A DNA stretch of 64,000 nt from Isurus oxyrinchus (lineage: Eukaryota): contig JANJGN010000034.1 in NCBI GenBank assembly GCA_026770705.1, positions 5,084,001 through 5,148,000 on the forward strand. The letters are read 5' to 3'. This document shows positions 24,038-37,049 of this stretch, piece after piece (position 1 is the stretch's first letter; the number at the start of each line of letters is the position of its first letter). The notes under the pieces were generated by a model. That model did not search any database. It was not told where the DNA came from and saw only the letters and a program-made list of their open reading frames with translations. A program made the translations under genes and the position numbers.

Positions 24038-24849
24038 GTAAGCCACTGAAAAAAAAACAATTGTACTCCAGTGTGAAATTGCACGAAATTCTGCGTTGGT
24101 GGTAGCTTTGAAGTTTGCAGAAAATTCCACTCGAAGCCTATGGCCAGCTATAAGTCAAAATGACGAAGATCAGCATTGATTGATCACCTCATTTTGGATT
24201 TTATACCAAACAGTTTTATTATGTGTTATTCAGTTATGAATCTTTGGACTATGAGGCTATTTCCACTTGATTGCATTCTTTCCTAATTTCCATTCTATTG
24301 CTTCCACTTCCGTTCAGCTTACGCATCTAGGTGTACAGAGATTTTGTTGCAATATTTTGAAGTGCTTAGCCATATTTGCAGCAAACAAAACGTTTCTAAG
24401 AAGTCATATTTAATATCCTGAATATTCCAAAGACTGATTAAATGACTTACAAGGGACACATTTTGAGATAAATACGGCTTAGTAATTATTCGGACAAACG
24501 ATCATAAGCTTTATCAAAGGAATATTTTTTAGCATCTTAAACATGGGAAGAAGTTTTATATTTGGAGAGGTTTGGGCAGGATTACAGGATTAAAAAAAAA
24601 AATCCAGAGCACCAGACAAATATAGATAAGCGCTTCAAAATATCAGCAAAATTAAAGCTCTGCACACACGTGGTATGTAACCTGAACGAAAAACATTATA
24701 ATGCCACAATGTAAGAGAGCTGTACAGTTTCTTTATCCTTCTGTGGTTTAATTCATTTTGAAGTCTTAAGAGAAAACACATGTTTATGCTGCTTTACATT
24801 GGCTCTATCAAACCTACCAGTAACTCACCATTCAAAAAAAAATGTTTTT

Positions 24850-26560
24850 GTAGCCATAGGGACAAAGTGAATAACATCACATTCCTTTCTATTTCTCTGC
24901 ATTGGCCTTTATTTTACCAACTCGCCACTCTATACCAGTCCATCCTGATTGCTATAATCTGCAAATTTAGAGGTATTGAACTCTCCCTCTTTATCTAAAT
25001 CATTTCCATATATTGTAAGGCTCAAGCCCAAAACTCTACATTGCCGGACTCCATTTCTTTGCTGCCTGCCAACTTGCACATAAGATTCTGTTTACTCTCT
25101 TTTCGATCCATTAAAGAATCCACGATCAGTGGATTTAGCCCAAACCCATGTGTCTCCATTTTGTATATTAAACGTTGGTGCTGCACAGTTAAAAATGTGT
25201 TATCTAAATCCATGTTCAGAACTAATATGTTTCCCCTTTTATACATTACAAGTTACACCTACAAAAACATTTTATTGCTTCATGAATCAGGATTTATTTT
25301 TTTTTTATCACTGAAACTACATTGTCGTGTTCCTTTGATATTATGATTTTCCACTTTCATTTGTTCACATTATCCTAATAGTAGAGTGTAACTTTATCCA
25401 AGAACTCATATTAGGCTAACTGGCCTCTGTTCAGGGTTTTTTCTCAATCCTCCTTTTCTTTAGAAGCGGTGCAATTGTTGACAATTTACAATCTAGTCTC
25501 ATTGTTTGCTGAATATAAGTGATAGATAACACAATATCTCTGCAGCTATCTCTCTAAGTACGCGAGCATGTAGACCATCAGGTGCCAGCAACTGTTAGCA
25601 TTTTGGGCACATATATTCATCGCTATTTTGCCTTTGCTGTTATTAATTTCCATAATATCCTTACACTTGTAAGGGCAGAGTGTTGTGTCTTTTTGGAACA
25701 CAACTTATGTTTTCTACTGCGAAGTCAGATACAAAATATTTGTTTAGTAACATCTCTTGTGTCTATTTCTGAGGGAAAATATTTTACTTAAGTATGCTCT
25801 CCCTTTTCATGTACTCTGATATTCTTTGGTTCCCTTTGATAAAATTGATGGTTGGCATTTGCTTGTATCGGGAACACTCCCCAATATCCCTATTCAGTTT
25901 AGTAAAATTGTAAGCCTCTTCTTTTAACGCAATGTTCTTCTTAACATCGCGTTTGGGCCACAGGTTTATTGCCGGGGTTTCAGTTTTCAATGGAGTGTAT
26001 TTTGTTGAACTTTTTTAATTGTTTCGTTTAACGTTGCCCACATTAGACTTGCGTCTATATATGCATCAGTCTTTAACCAATAAAATCAGCCTCTTCTCCT
26101 TTCACATCTGTTTAATTAGTCACTCTTTTGTTTTGGAGTGTTGCTTGCGATTGCAATATACAGCTTTCATCCGTCACATAAAATTGATTGGCGCAATAAT
26201 CACGCTTTCCAATTGCATCTTTTAATCTGGCATCACAGATTGGGCATGTTCAATAACAGATTATCAGGTCTGAGCTCGATTAATGCTTAGATATTTCCAC
26301 TGCTCACAGTACCAAGAATATTTCATGGAAACATTCTTAAACAAATCTTCTCGATCGTTCTGGCCAATCAATTGTGACAGTTTAACTGAAGATTAACTTT
26401 TCCAAAAACAATTACACTTCCTTTGTTATAGCCTCCCACTATTATAATTTCTGTAATTATACTCCGAGTTGCATAACGAGAGTTAGGGGTAATATGAGAT
26501 CCTCCCAGCAACATTTTCTGACTCCTGCAGTATCTAATTTATCGGCCGAGACGTGCTTGG
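24850..26560 (-). mobile_element. Old, highly decayed CR1 (RT to EN)
   Basis: Remnant motifs (LNMDLDNTFLTVQHQRLIYK); paralogous to 37050-39140 and 62520-64000. Confidence 0.65.
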
Positions 26561-26785
26561 AAAAATATATCATTGAAAATAACAACCGGTATTCAAGAAT
26601 GTCGACAAATGGATTGAGAGACAGAGAGACAGAAAATAAACATATGCAATATAGGTATCATTGTAAGCATTAAGGGGACGCACATCATTCTACGTTGAGA
26701 CAAGAAAATGTCCTTAATTGTCTTAGAATTGTGAGATAGTATGTGAGTGTTGGTGGGTGTATCTGTGAGAGGGAGGGAGAGAATA

Positions 26786-26786
<1 letters not shown>

Positions 26787-26828
<42 letters not shown>
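26787..26828. repeat. (GA)n microsatellite
   Basis: Visible GA run. Confidence 0.95.
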
Positions 26829-26832
<4 letters not shown>

Positions 26833-26889
26833 CCACATATATATTCATTAAAACACGTAATGAGAACATGCATCTTTTACTTACAAATA

Positions 26890-27230
26890 TTGGTTAAAGA
26901 GATATGGTCTTGCTGACCAATCCAGGTGTGCTGTTCATCCCTAATTAGTCGTGAGAAGTTTATGTTGGACAGATTTTCTGATCAGCTTTTCTCATTTCCT
27001 GTAGGTATTCAAATATTGTAATTCGTGAGTGTTCCAGGATGTAAACCAGTGAAGCTGAATAAATACTTACGTTTATCAGCATCATGGTGCTGTGGGAGTT
27101 GGTAAGGATTTTTCCGATGCAGTGATACATTTTTGCATGTTACCTATTTGGAAGTCTGATTGAAAAGTGTTGATAAAGACACACGTTGCTACCGGAAGTG
27201 CAAGCTAGATGATCGTACAGTCAAAATATG
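26890..27230 (-). mobile_element. LINE family B 3'-end remnant
   Basis: catccctaattagtcgtgagaag...gtaggtattc...gttccaggatgtaaaccagtg resembles 1400-1560. Confidence 0.5.
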
Positions 27231-28329
27231 ACAAACAATGAGACTGAAAGTCAGTTGAACTGCAAACAGAAGAAGGAACTGAAAGGTTGAGTACCATGGT
27301 GTAAAGAAGCAGAAATAACAAGTATGCTTCGATAGATTGGAAATGACACGAAACTTTACAGTAACATTTGGTAGTAGGGAAGGACGCCTAGATAGAGGGA
27401 CAGAAAGACAGACATGAATGACAGAGTAGAAAGCAGAGATGGAACGGCGACAGGATGACAGATAGATTTAGAGTGATGCACACATAAAAATGGTGAGAGT
27501 CAAAAACATAGATACGTATATTGCCGGCCACTGAGTGCATACAGTCCGAAGAGTCATTTCAGGTCATTTAAAGGCTGAGTTCAACCAGTCAACTGCGATT
27601 ATTCAGACGGATAGTAGTGCAATTACCGTCCGGAGGCAGAAAACAAAATAGAAACGTTGAGAGGCATTTAGGAGGGTGAAGGTGTGTCGGAAAGCTCAAG
27701 TCAATGATAGGTTCCAAAGCTATGTATGAATATAATTATCGATGAATAAATGTTCGGAAAACAAATATCGATTGTTATGTTTAAGAAATTGATAAATATA
27801 GAGGCATTGTGACCAACTGACGGAAGAATGGAGAATGCTTCAAAGCTCTTATGCAGACCGTATTTGCTTAGTGCTCTTATGCGAATGGTAGAAGTGTATG
27901 CCAATTTAATGAAGGCAGAATTTAAGGCAAAACCCATAGCCATAATAATTGAAACAAAAGTTAATTGAAACTGTACGGATCGAGTCAGCACTCATTTTAA
28001 AGGCACTTGTAACGTGAGTGGGCATAGACATTTTTCAGTCAACATAGAATGTTGTTGGCAATTCTAGAAAAAAATGTTTTCCTTTTCTTTTTCTTCTTTC
28101 GATCCCTGAAGAATGTTGAATCCACTCATTTTTAATATGTAGAACAATTTCATATTTTTCATAACCTGTTATCAAATGGTTGATTCCTGATCCAGGAATA
28201 TAATTTACGTTTCTCCACGAAACGATGTGAGGTAGGAAAACGGTTTGAGAGCCAATGAGCTCATATGAATGGATGGCTAGAGTGTGACTCACATTGATTC
28301 CAACGTAGCTGATTTAATAATATAAAGTC

Positions 28330-28458
28330 AAAATAATGTAGTTGCTGTAAATCCCGAACAAAAGCAAAAAAAAAACGTGGAAACCTCAGCAGGTTTGACA
28401 GCATCTTGGAGAGTTAGACAGGGTTAACGTTTAGAGTGCATATGACTCTTCTTCACAG
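28330..28458 (-). mobile_element. Short repeat, probable Penelope-like terminal fragment
   Basis: ggaaacctcagcaggtttgacagcatcttggagagttagacagggttaacgtttagagtgcatatgactcttcttca; same family layout as 54845-54979. Confidence 0.55.
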
Positions 28459-28602
28459 GGTAATGCTGGCGCTTCATTTTTTTTATCTTTTAAGTGAATT
28501 ACTCAGATGAGAGCAGCAAAGCCATGGTGAATAAATTTGCAGACAACACCAAGATAGGTAGAAAAGTATGTTGTGGGGAAGACATGAGGTTTTTGCAGGG
28601 AG

Positions 28603-31600
28603 ATCCTGGAAACTGTGTTCAGGAACACAGGGAACTCAGCCCTTGACCTTATCCAACAGGTACGAGGTACTTGCTCCCTGTGCGGATGATGAAGAGTGCT
28701 GTAGTCAGGCTGAGCCAGCTGACCACGGCATCGTGGCAAAGGAGGCGAATCAAGAGGTGGGGAGCAAAAAGACAAGTGGTATGTTGGGGATTAAATAATT
28801 ATGGCAAATACTAACATTCTTTGTAGGCAGGATGTAGAGTCCCAATTTGAATGTTGCCTGCCTGGCGCCAGGGTGAGGGGCATCTGTTACCGGATTGAAA
28901 GTATTTTGGAGACAGAGGGGGAGTGTTCAGTTGTTGTGGTCCACTTCGGGACAAATTACATAGGTAACACTAGGAAAGAGGACCAGCTTGGGGATTATGT
29001 AGAACTAGGAACTGAAATAAAGAACATGTCCTGAAGTGTTATAATCACAAGATTAATGGCGGAGCCATGAGCAAATTGGTATAGGGACGGGAGAATAATG
29101 TAGGCATTCACGTAGCTAATGGAGTGATGTGGGAAATACGGGTTCCATTTCGTGGGGCACTGGCATCAGTATTGGAATAGAAGAGATCTGGACCATTGGG
29201 ACGGGCTCCACCTGAACTGATCTGGACCAATGATTAAGCGGAAAGTTTAAATAGGTTGCCAACAGGACTTTATACATGAACGTGGGCCTGAAAGGAAACG
29301 TAGAACTTCAAGAAGTATGTCTAATGGGAAACAAAACAGCAGTTTAGCGTGTGTGGGGGGGGGATGAATTCAGCCTCATGGAAAATTATTTAAAAATTGA
29401 AAAGAATTGAGAGCAAAGGTGAGGTCACAAAGTCTCAAAAATGCAAAATAGGACAGAATGTTTGGAAAGGGCTAGGAATCGAACTTAAAGCAGATCAGAT
29501 AAAGGGACGAAAATGAGAAAGGTGACGGGAAATACAGGGCTGAATGTGTCATATCTGAATGTATGCAGTGTACAAATTAAGGTAAAGGAGATAATGGCGT
29601 AGATTGAAATTTGAAGGAAAGATGTGGTGGGCATCACCGAGATATGTCTGCCAGGGCATGAGGACTGGAAGCTAAATATCTAAGGATAAAGATACTATCG
29701 AAAATATAGGCAGTTTGCCAGAAGTGGGGTGTGTTGCATTGTTAGTAAGACATGAAATCACATCGATAGCAACTAACGATGGAATGTCAGATGAAGTAGA
29801 ATCTGGTTGAGTTAGAGTTGTGGAACCGCAAAGGGGAAAAAAAAAAACATAATGTGAGTTAAGTACAGCCCTCCAAACAGTAGAATGATGTATGGCCCAA
29901 GATACAGCAGCAGTTAGAAATGGCATGCAAGAGAGACCAGGTTACAGTGAACATGGGGGATTTCAATATAAATGTAGACTGGCAAAATCACGTTGAAAGT
30001 GGATCCCAAGAAAAGGAATTTGTGTAATGTATACAAGGTGGCTTTTCAGAGCAGCTTGTGGTGGAACCCCCTAGGGAACCAGGAAATATATATTAGTTAT
30101 GTGTATGGAGGCAGATTTGATAAAGGAGCTTATGTGAAGGTACCCTTATGAGGAAGCGACGATAATATGATAGAATATATCCTGCAATTTGAAGCAAAAA
30201 GCTGGAATCAGATGGAATGCTATTCCAGTTGAATCAATGTAACTACAGAAGCAGGAGGGGGAAGCTGGCAAGAATTGACTGCTTGATGAACCTAGGAGCA
30301 AACATAATGGAACAGCAATGGCAGGACTTTCAGGGAGTACTTTTGGAGAGAGAGCAAATATGCATCCCTCGGAAGAAGTATATTAAAGGGAGGACGAGGT
30401 AACATTGGATGACAAGAGAAGTCAGGGACAGCATAAAAGCTAAAGAGAAAGCATACAAAGCGGTGAAAAACAGTGGGAAGCCAGGAGATTGGAAAGACTA
30501 CGAAGCCCAACAGAGGACAACTAAAAAAGAAATTAGGATGGAGGAGATTAAATATGACGGCAAGCTAGCCAGTAATATTGAAGTTTGCAAGAGTTTTTTT
30601 TCAGTTATATAAAGGGTACGGGAGAGGCAAAAGTGGACATTGGGCCTCTGCAAAATCACGCTGGAGCAGTAGTGGTGGGGAAGTAAGACATGGCGTAGGA
30701 ACCGAATGGGTACTTTGAGTCAGTAATCACAGTGGAAGACACGAGTAATATCCGCCAGGTTCAAAAGAGTCTGGGGGCAGAGGGGGGTAAGGTGGCCATT
30801 ACAAAGGAGAATTTGCCAGGAGTACTGAAAGGTCTGAATCTGCATAAATCACCTGGACCAGATGGATTACACCACAGAGTTCTGAAGCAGATAGCAGAAG
30901 TGATAGTGGGGGTGCAAGTAGTGATCTTTCCAGAATCAATGGATTCAAGGAGGTCCCAGAGGATTGGAAAATCGTTAATGTATCTCCACTGTTTAATAAG
31001 GGGGTGAGGCAATGGAGGGGAAATTACAGACCGATTAGCCTGACCTCGGTCATGGGTAGACTTTAGATTCCATTATTAATGTTGAGATCTCAGAACAGTT
31101 GGAAGTGCATTGTAAAATAGAACAAATTCACGATGGTTTCATCAAGGGAAGGCAATGACTGACAAATCTATTAGAAATTTTTGAGGAGATACTGAGTAAG
31201 TTAGACATTCGAAATCCAATGGATGCTTTCTACTTGATCTTCCAGAAGGCCTTTGATAAGTTCAGCAGAGGAGGCTGCTCACAAAGATAAGGGGCTATTG
31301 TGTTAGAGGCAAGGTACTACCAAGGATAGACGATTGGTGTTTGAGAGGGGGGTTAAATGGTCCCTTCTCACGAATGCACCAGTGGAGTTCTGCTGGAGTC
31401 AGTGTTGGGACCACAACTTTTAACTTTATACATTAATGATATAGATGAAGGAACTGAAGGCATTCTGGCTAAATTTGCAGATGATTCAAACATAGGTGGA
31501 GGGAGAGGTAGTATTGAGGAGGTGGGGAGGCTGCACAAGGATTTGGACAGATTAGAAGAATGGGCAAAGATGTGGCAGATGGAATACAACGTGGTGAAGT

Positions 31601-32385
31601 TTGATGTCTTGCTCATTGGTAGGAAGAATAGAGGCATAGGCAGTTTTGTAAATAGGAAGAGAATTCAGAAATCTGTACTGCAAAGAGACTTGGAGTCCTA
31701 GTCCAAGATTCTCTTAAGATTAACTTGCAGGTTGTGTCGGTATTTAGGAAGGCATTTGAAATATTTACATTTATTTCGGGAGGAATAGAATATAAAAACA
31801 AGGGTTTGCTGCTGAGGCTTTATAAGGCTCTGGTCAGACCACGTTTAGAATATTGTGAGCAATCTTGGGCCACGAATCTCAGGAATCATGTGCTGGCCCA
31901 GGGGAGGGTCGAGGGGATGTTCACAAGAAGGATCCTAGGAATGAAAGGGTTAATATATGAAGAATGTTTGTGGACTCTGCGTCCATAGTCGATGGAGATT
32001 TGAAGGATAAGGTGTGATCTGATTGATGCTTACAGAAAACTGAAAGGCCTGAATGGAGTGAACGTGGGGTATATTAGTAGTAGAGACAAGGACCCGAGGC
32101 CACAGCCTCAGAGTAAAAGGAAGACCCTTTAGAACAGAGATGAGGAGAACCTTCTTTAGCCAGACAGTGATGATTTCATGAGAATTCATTGCCACAGAAG
32201 GCTGTAGAGGCCAGGTCACTGAGTGTATTTATAACTGAGATAGATCGGTTCTTGATTGGTAAGGGGATCACAGGTTATGGGGAGAAGGCGGGAGAATGTG
32301 GTTGGGAAACTTATCACCCATGATTGAATGGCGGAGCAGATCGATGGGCCGAATGGCCTCACTTCTGCTCCATGTCTTATCATAA
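28603..32385 (+). mobile_element. Near full-length CR1 LINE (ORF1 esterase-like plus ORF2 EN-RT, inactivated), nested in an older CR1
   Basis: ORF1 CCLPGARVR...VVVHFGTN (SGNH-like). EN MGDFN near 29953; KSPGPDGLHHRVLK; ESVLGPQLLTLYINDID...KFADD; YKALVRPRLEYC. 3' tail gatgggccgaatggcct...tcttat. Many stops and frameshifts. Confidence 0.93.
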
Positions 32386-33180
32386 TATAGATAGGTCGAG
32401 TCGATGTTTAGTATCCTGCGGGAAAATGTGAAGGTGCTCACTTTGGTAGGATGAATAATAAAATAAAGAATTACTTAAAAGAACAAGTCAGCAGAACTCT
32501 GTGGTGCAGAAGGATTTAGATGTTGGATTGCATGAGTCACAAGAAGTTAGTATGCAGTTACACCATGAAATTAGGAAGGCTCATGGATTGTTGTCCTTCA
32601 TCACGATAGTTATTGAATATTATTGTAAAGATGTTTTGCTCCAGTTCTGCAGTCCATTGGTAAGGCCGCACATAAACTACGCTGTGCAAGAAATAAGGTC
32701 CCCTTATTTAATGAATGGTGTGAATACATTTTAGCCGGTTCAGATGCGTTGATGTGACTGATGTCGGGAAAGTGCTGATTAATATTTCGAAATAGATTGG
32801 GCTGTGTGGATGTATTTCCATTCGAGTTTTAAAGAGTGTGGGGTGAACTGATTGAAGGACGTCAGGGGCGTGGAATGGATGAATCTAGAATGAGGGGGTG
32901 CATTTGAAAAAAGAAATAGTTGTCGCACTTTAACGGATATTTTTTCAATCCCTTTGAAGGATTTGTGACTTTCGAACTTTTCGCATTACTAAACGTTGGC
33001 AGCGATCTCATTGAACATCTTTAAGTCAGAGGTAGATGGATCTGTCAGACGCAGGAATAACCGGCTTCCAGATTTATGTGGGAATGTGGAATTCGTAAGA
33101 CAAAATGACCAGTCATTTACTTATAGAATGGCGGACTAGGATCCAGGACTACATATCCTCCATTTCGTATGTCCGTATGA
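32386..33180 (+). mobile_element. Older CR1 3' half; its upstream piece is at about 28510-28602
   Basis: ...aaatttgcagacaacaccaag...gcagggagat (about 28600) joins atagatagg (about 32386); ORF 32501-32734 KDVLLQFCSPLVRPHINY. Confidence 0.75.
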
Positions 33181-34234
33181 ATAGCAACCTGAAGCGATTT
33201 AGCACTCCTCCTCTAATTGTTTTTTATGCAAATAAAATTATTTCAATTCCCACTTCTTCACATTCAAGCCGGGCGAAAACTGTGCACGAATGTGTGCACC
33301 TGAGACCCCCTGTCGAGGATATATTTATTTGTTATGATTCATTTTTGTCACGTGGACTTCCGTGGTTAGGCCAGCATTTATTGCCAATCCATTGTTGCAT
33401 TGAGCAGGTGTTAGTGCTGGAAACTTGAAGCTATGGTTTCTTTTGTTTACAGAATTAGCTGCCTTAAATTAGATGAGTTGAAAGAACAAGCCAATTTGAA
33501 GCTATTTTTGTAAATTTGTATAGTCATTGGGGAGAATGTGTGGGACGCGTGTTGGATGTCGATTGTTCTCGGATTGGAGTGGAGGTCCGCAAAAGCTTTG
33601 GCCATGTTGAGAGTTTTCGCCTGGTCGGTGAAGGAGAAGGGTGATTTTGTTGCCCGGGTGTGGGTGCGTGCACAGGGGTTGGCGGGCTTGGTGCCACCTG
33701 TCCTGGTTGCGCAGATGGAAATTAGATTCATTTTGGTAGCGTGCAGCCTTGAGAAGTACAGTCAGAGTATTGGAGGTAGTTTGAACCCTCAGGCGACGAT
33801 GGATGTGCAGAGGGGCGATTTGTGGATCCCTCCTGTGGGTGGTCAAGCGATGTTGGGGGTTATGCAGGCGAGCGCGTTTTCCACAGAGGGTCAGAAGATG
33901 CCACTTCAATAGTTGCCAGAAGCCAAAGGCGCAGTTAATTCTACTGCCTTTTTTTTTGGTTAACCATTCCTTTAAAACAGTCACATTCATCAGGCAATCA
34001 TGATTAAAACATACGCCCGGACAGTTCCCACTGCGGGACACATGGACATCGCCAATTGATTGCCCGAGCGATTGCCATTAAACCCTTACCTGAGATCATT
34101 GGAAAGGGTTGTGAGGGGGCGGTATGATGTGTGGTATGGCGGGAGGGTTTGCTGGCAGTTTTCCATCGGGATGCAATGCGGATAAACTGCCCTGGAGCAC
34201 GGTGGCTATAATCCGCTCATTCCCTTTTTGATGT

Positions 34235-34900
34235 TGCAGGACCATAGACTCATGGATGGTTACAACACAGAAGGCAACCTTGTGGCACATCGTGCCCTAC
34301 CACCAACCACGCCCCTCCCCCCCGCCCCCACTAACAAAGATCTGACTACAGTCAGCTAATTTTACAGCGCTAGGGCCATAGGCCTAGATTTTTGCGACAC
34401 AGATGATTAACTCAATACTTTTTTAAATGTTACAAGGGTTTCTAACTCAGCCACCATTTCAAGACGTGAGCTAAAGACTGTCACCATTCTCTGGGTGCAG
34501 ATAATACAGCTAACTTCCCTCCTTATCCTTCTACCTTAAACTTTAAATCTATGACTCCTGCTTATTGACAACTTAGCTAATGGCAAAACTGCCTTCCTCT
34601 AAACCACGATAATAACGCTAATAATTTTATACACCGATACCAGATCCCCTCTAACCTTTGCTGTTCAAAGAAATACATTCCAGCCTATCAATCTTTCTCA
34701 CTGGCTCAAAGCCTCCAGCCCGTACATCATCCTGGTATGTGTCCTTTGAGCCTCTCCAGTGCAATCACATTTTTCTCATAACGTGGAAACCAGAATTGCA
34801 TGCAGTAATCCAGTTGTGAACGAAACAGCGTTCTATACAGTTCCAGCACAACTGCAGTGCTCTTGGATTATATTCCTGGGCTAATAGAGGCAAGTCTCCG
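34235..34900 (-). mobile_element. CR1 3' fragment
   Basis: catagactcatggatggttacaacacagaaggc tail and CR1 3'-ORF2 antisense sequence; paralogous to 22500-23005. Confidence 0.7.
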
Positions 34901-35163
34901 TTGATCAGGCGACAGTCATCACTGAGGATTAAACTAAATCTTCCATTGTCTTCCCATGAATAACAGTAGTAACTGAAGTAAAATAAAGCTCCATAGCGGA
35001 TTTTTTTTGATAATTGATATGTTCAAGTCTCATAACAACGGCGTATTACTCGACAAACTAGTAGAGTGCTCAGTTTTGAATTTTCGCTACGCAGAACTGT
35101 TATATGTTCATAAGAAGGAGGTTTTGCACTGAATTTTTATGGCGTCTTCGTTATGCCCCAGAA

Positions 35164-35184
35164 AATGGAAAAGGAACCAAAGCG
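35164..35184 (+). pseudogene. Dead heptad micro-exon (acceptor and donor both lost at the aligned positions)
   Basis: gaatttttatggcgtcttcgttatgccccagaa|AATGGAAAAGGAACCAAAGCG|ttaagt aligns with the cassette of exon 24017, including the downstream flank. Confidence 0.65.
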
Positions 35185-35502
35185 TTAAGTCACAAAAAAG
35201 AAATGCATTCCACTGAGAAATTGTACAAATTTGTGCACTGGTGGTAGGTTCGAAGTGTGCAGAAAATTCCCCTAGCTGCCTATGGACAACTTTAACTCAA
35301 ATGAAACCATTTGTAGTTCACACACTGAAAGTTGGCAGCCGGTTCTGATGACTGTCCATTTTATCACCATCGTACGTAAGGTTAAAATTAAGCTTTGGTT
35401 ATGCATGTGTGTATTTGTGTTTGTCCGTGTGTGTGTGTTTGTTTCTCTGGCTGTGCTTGTTTATAAGCGTGTTTGTGTGTTTATAAAATTAGTGGCTGTG
35501 TC

Positions 35503-36620
35503 GTAGAAACATAGATAATAAGAGTTTGAGTAGCTACTTCTACCTTTCAGCTCTGCACCACATTTCAATATGAACATGGCTGATCCTGCATCTCAACGCC
35601 AGAGTCATGCTCTCTTCCAATCGTCCAGAGCGCCTTCAGTTTATGGAAGTCTCTTTAATTCATTCTTACAATTCTTCAGTGTTTTGACCTCCACAGCCTT
35701 CTGTGGTAGAGAATTCCACTAGATCACCGAAATCTGAATGAAGACATTCATCTAATCTCAGCTCCATAACTAGCCCATGACTTCACACAGTAACAAATTG
35801 TTATAGGTTACCCTCACCCGCACACCCCATCCGCCCTGCCAAGTGAGGGGATTCATGAATCCTGCATCCAGTCTGTACCGCCCTGAGAGCATGCTGCACT
35901 TTTCACTGAGATACCATTTCAATCCTCAAAACTCCAATGAATGCATGTTCTCACAACACACTTTCTCCTCATTTCATAATTCCGCCATCCCAATAGTCTC
36001 CCTGGCGAAATTTTGCGCTCCATGACATGTGTATGGCTCTCTTTGTGAAGGAGACCAAAACTGCGCACGCACACAATAGTAAGGCCTTGTACAGCTGAAG
36101 CAAGACATCCATTCTACTGCACTCAAATTCTCTTCCAATGAATGGCAAAATACCATTTGCCTTCTTAAGCGATTGCTGCAACTTCATGTTGCCTGTCAGT
36201 GACTCGTGCACATGGAAACTCAGGAATCTCTGTTGACCAACATTTGCCAACTTATCAAGATTTAAATAATAATCTTCAATTCCACTTTTAATTCCTAGAG
36301 AACTGGTTAACGTCTTAATTACCAATGTTATTTGCAAATGTCAAATGTTTGCCAACTCACTCAAATTGTCTAATTGGTCTTGAGGCCTTAGTGCATCCTC
36401 GTGAAAAATGACGTTCCCAACGAGTTTTCTTTTTATATTGTCAGTCAACTAGGAAACGTTCCATTGTGTTCCCCCAACTGAGTCATAGATGTATCTTGTT
36501 AACAGTAATCCTTGTGGTACCGCACAAGTCACAACCTGCCACTGCGAAAAAAAAGCATGCATTCTTACTCTATGTTTCCTGTCTCTTAAGCAATCAACAA
36601 TAGTTCTAATGCATTACACC
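35503..36620 (-). mobile_element. CR1 3' fragment
   Basis: tagaaacatag tail; ORF 35969-36337(-) KKANGILPFIGREFECSRMDVLLQLYKAL; paralogous to 47140 and 55135. Confidence 0.8.
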
Positions 36621-37049
36621 AATTCGACTTGCAAGGCGCAGGCAAATAAATAGAATTTCGATATGGGATGACATTTAGAAAAGCTGATGTGCATTTAATT
36701 TAGTTTGTGATGTTAATATGTTTACATTGCCACAGTAACTCAGATATGCAAAATTGAAAAAAAAAAAATACCTAGCATGCTGAATGAGGATGGTCAGCAA
36801 TTCTGCAGTACGGTCAAAAGAGTCGGTGATACGGTTCATAAATCAGCAATGATTGCTATACAATTCTTACAGACTACAGAATAATATAATCATAATAATT
36901 TCTTCCTTGTACCCCATGAGTTTTATTGACAAACTGGGAAGCAACAGTCACAGAAGTTTCCAATTTTCTGGGCCAATGATATGGATATTAGTTGTATGGA
37001 TTATATATTTGTTTTTTTTATCGGTGTCTGCCGCTCTTCACCTCTGCGT

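Noticed and set aside
28603-32385. Possible active or domesticated reverse transcriptase gene
   Set aside because: Numerous stops and frameshifts; an ordinary dead CR1 copy
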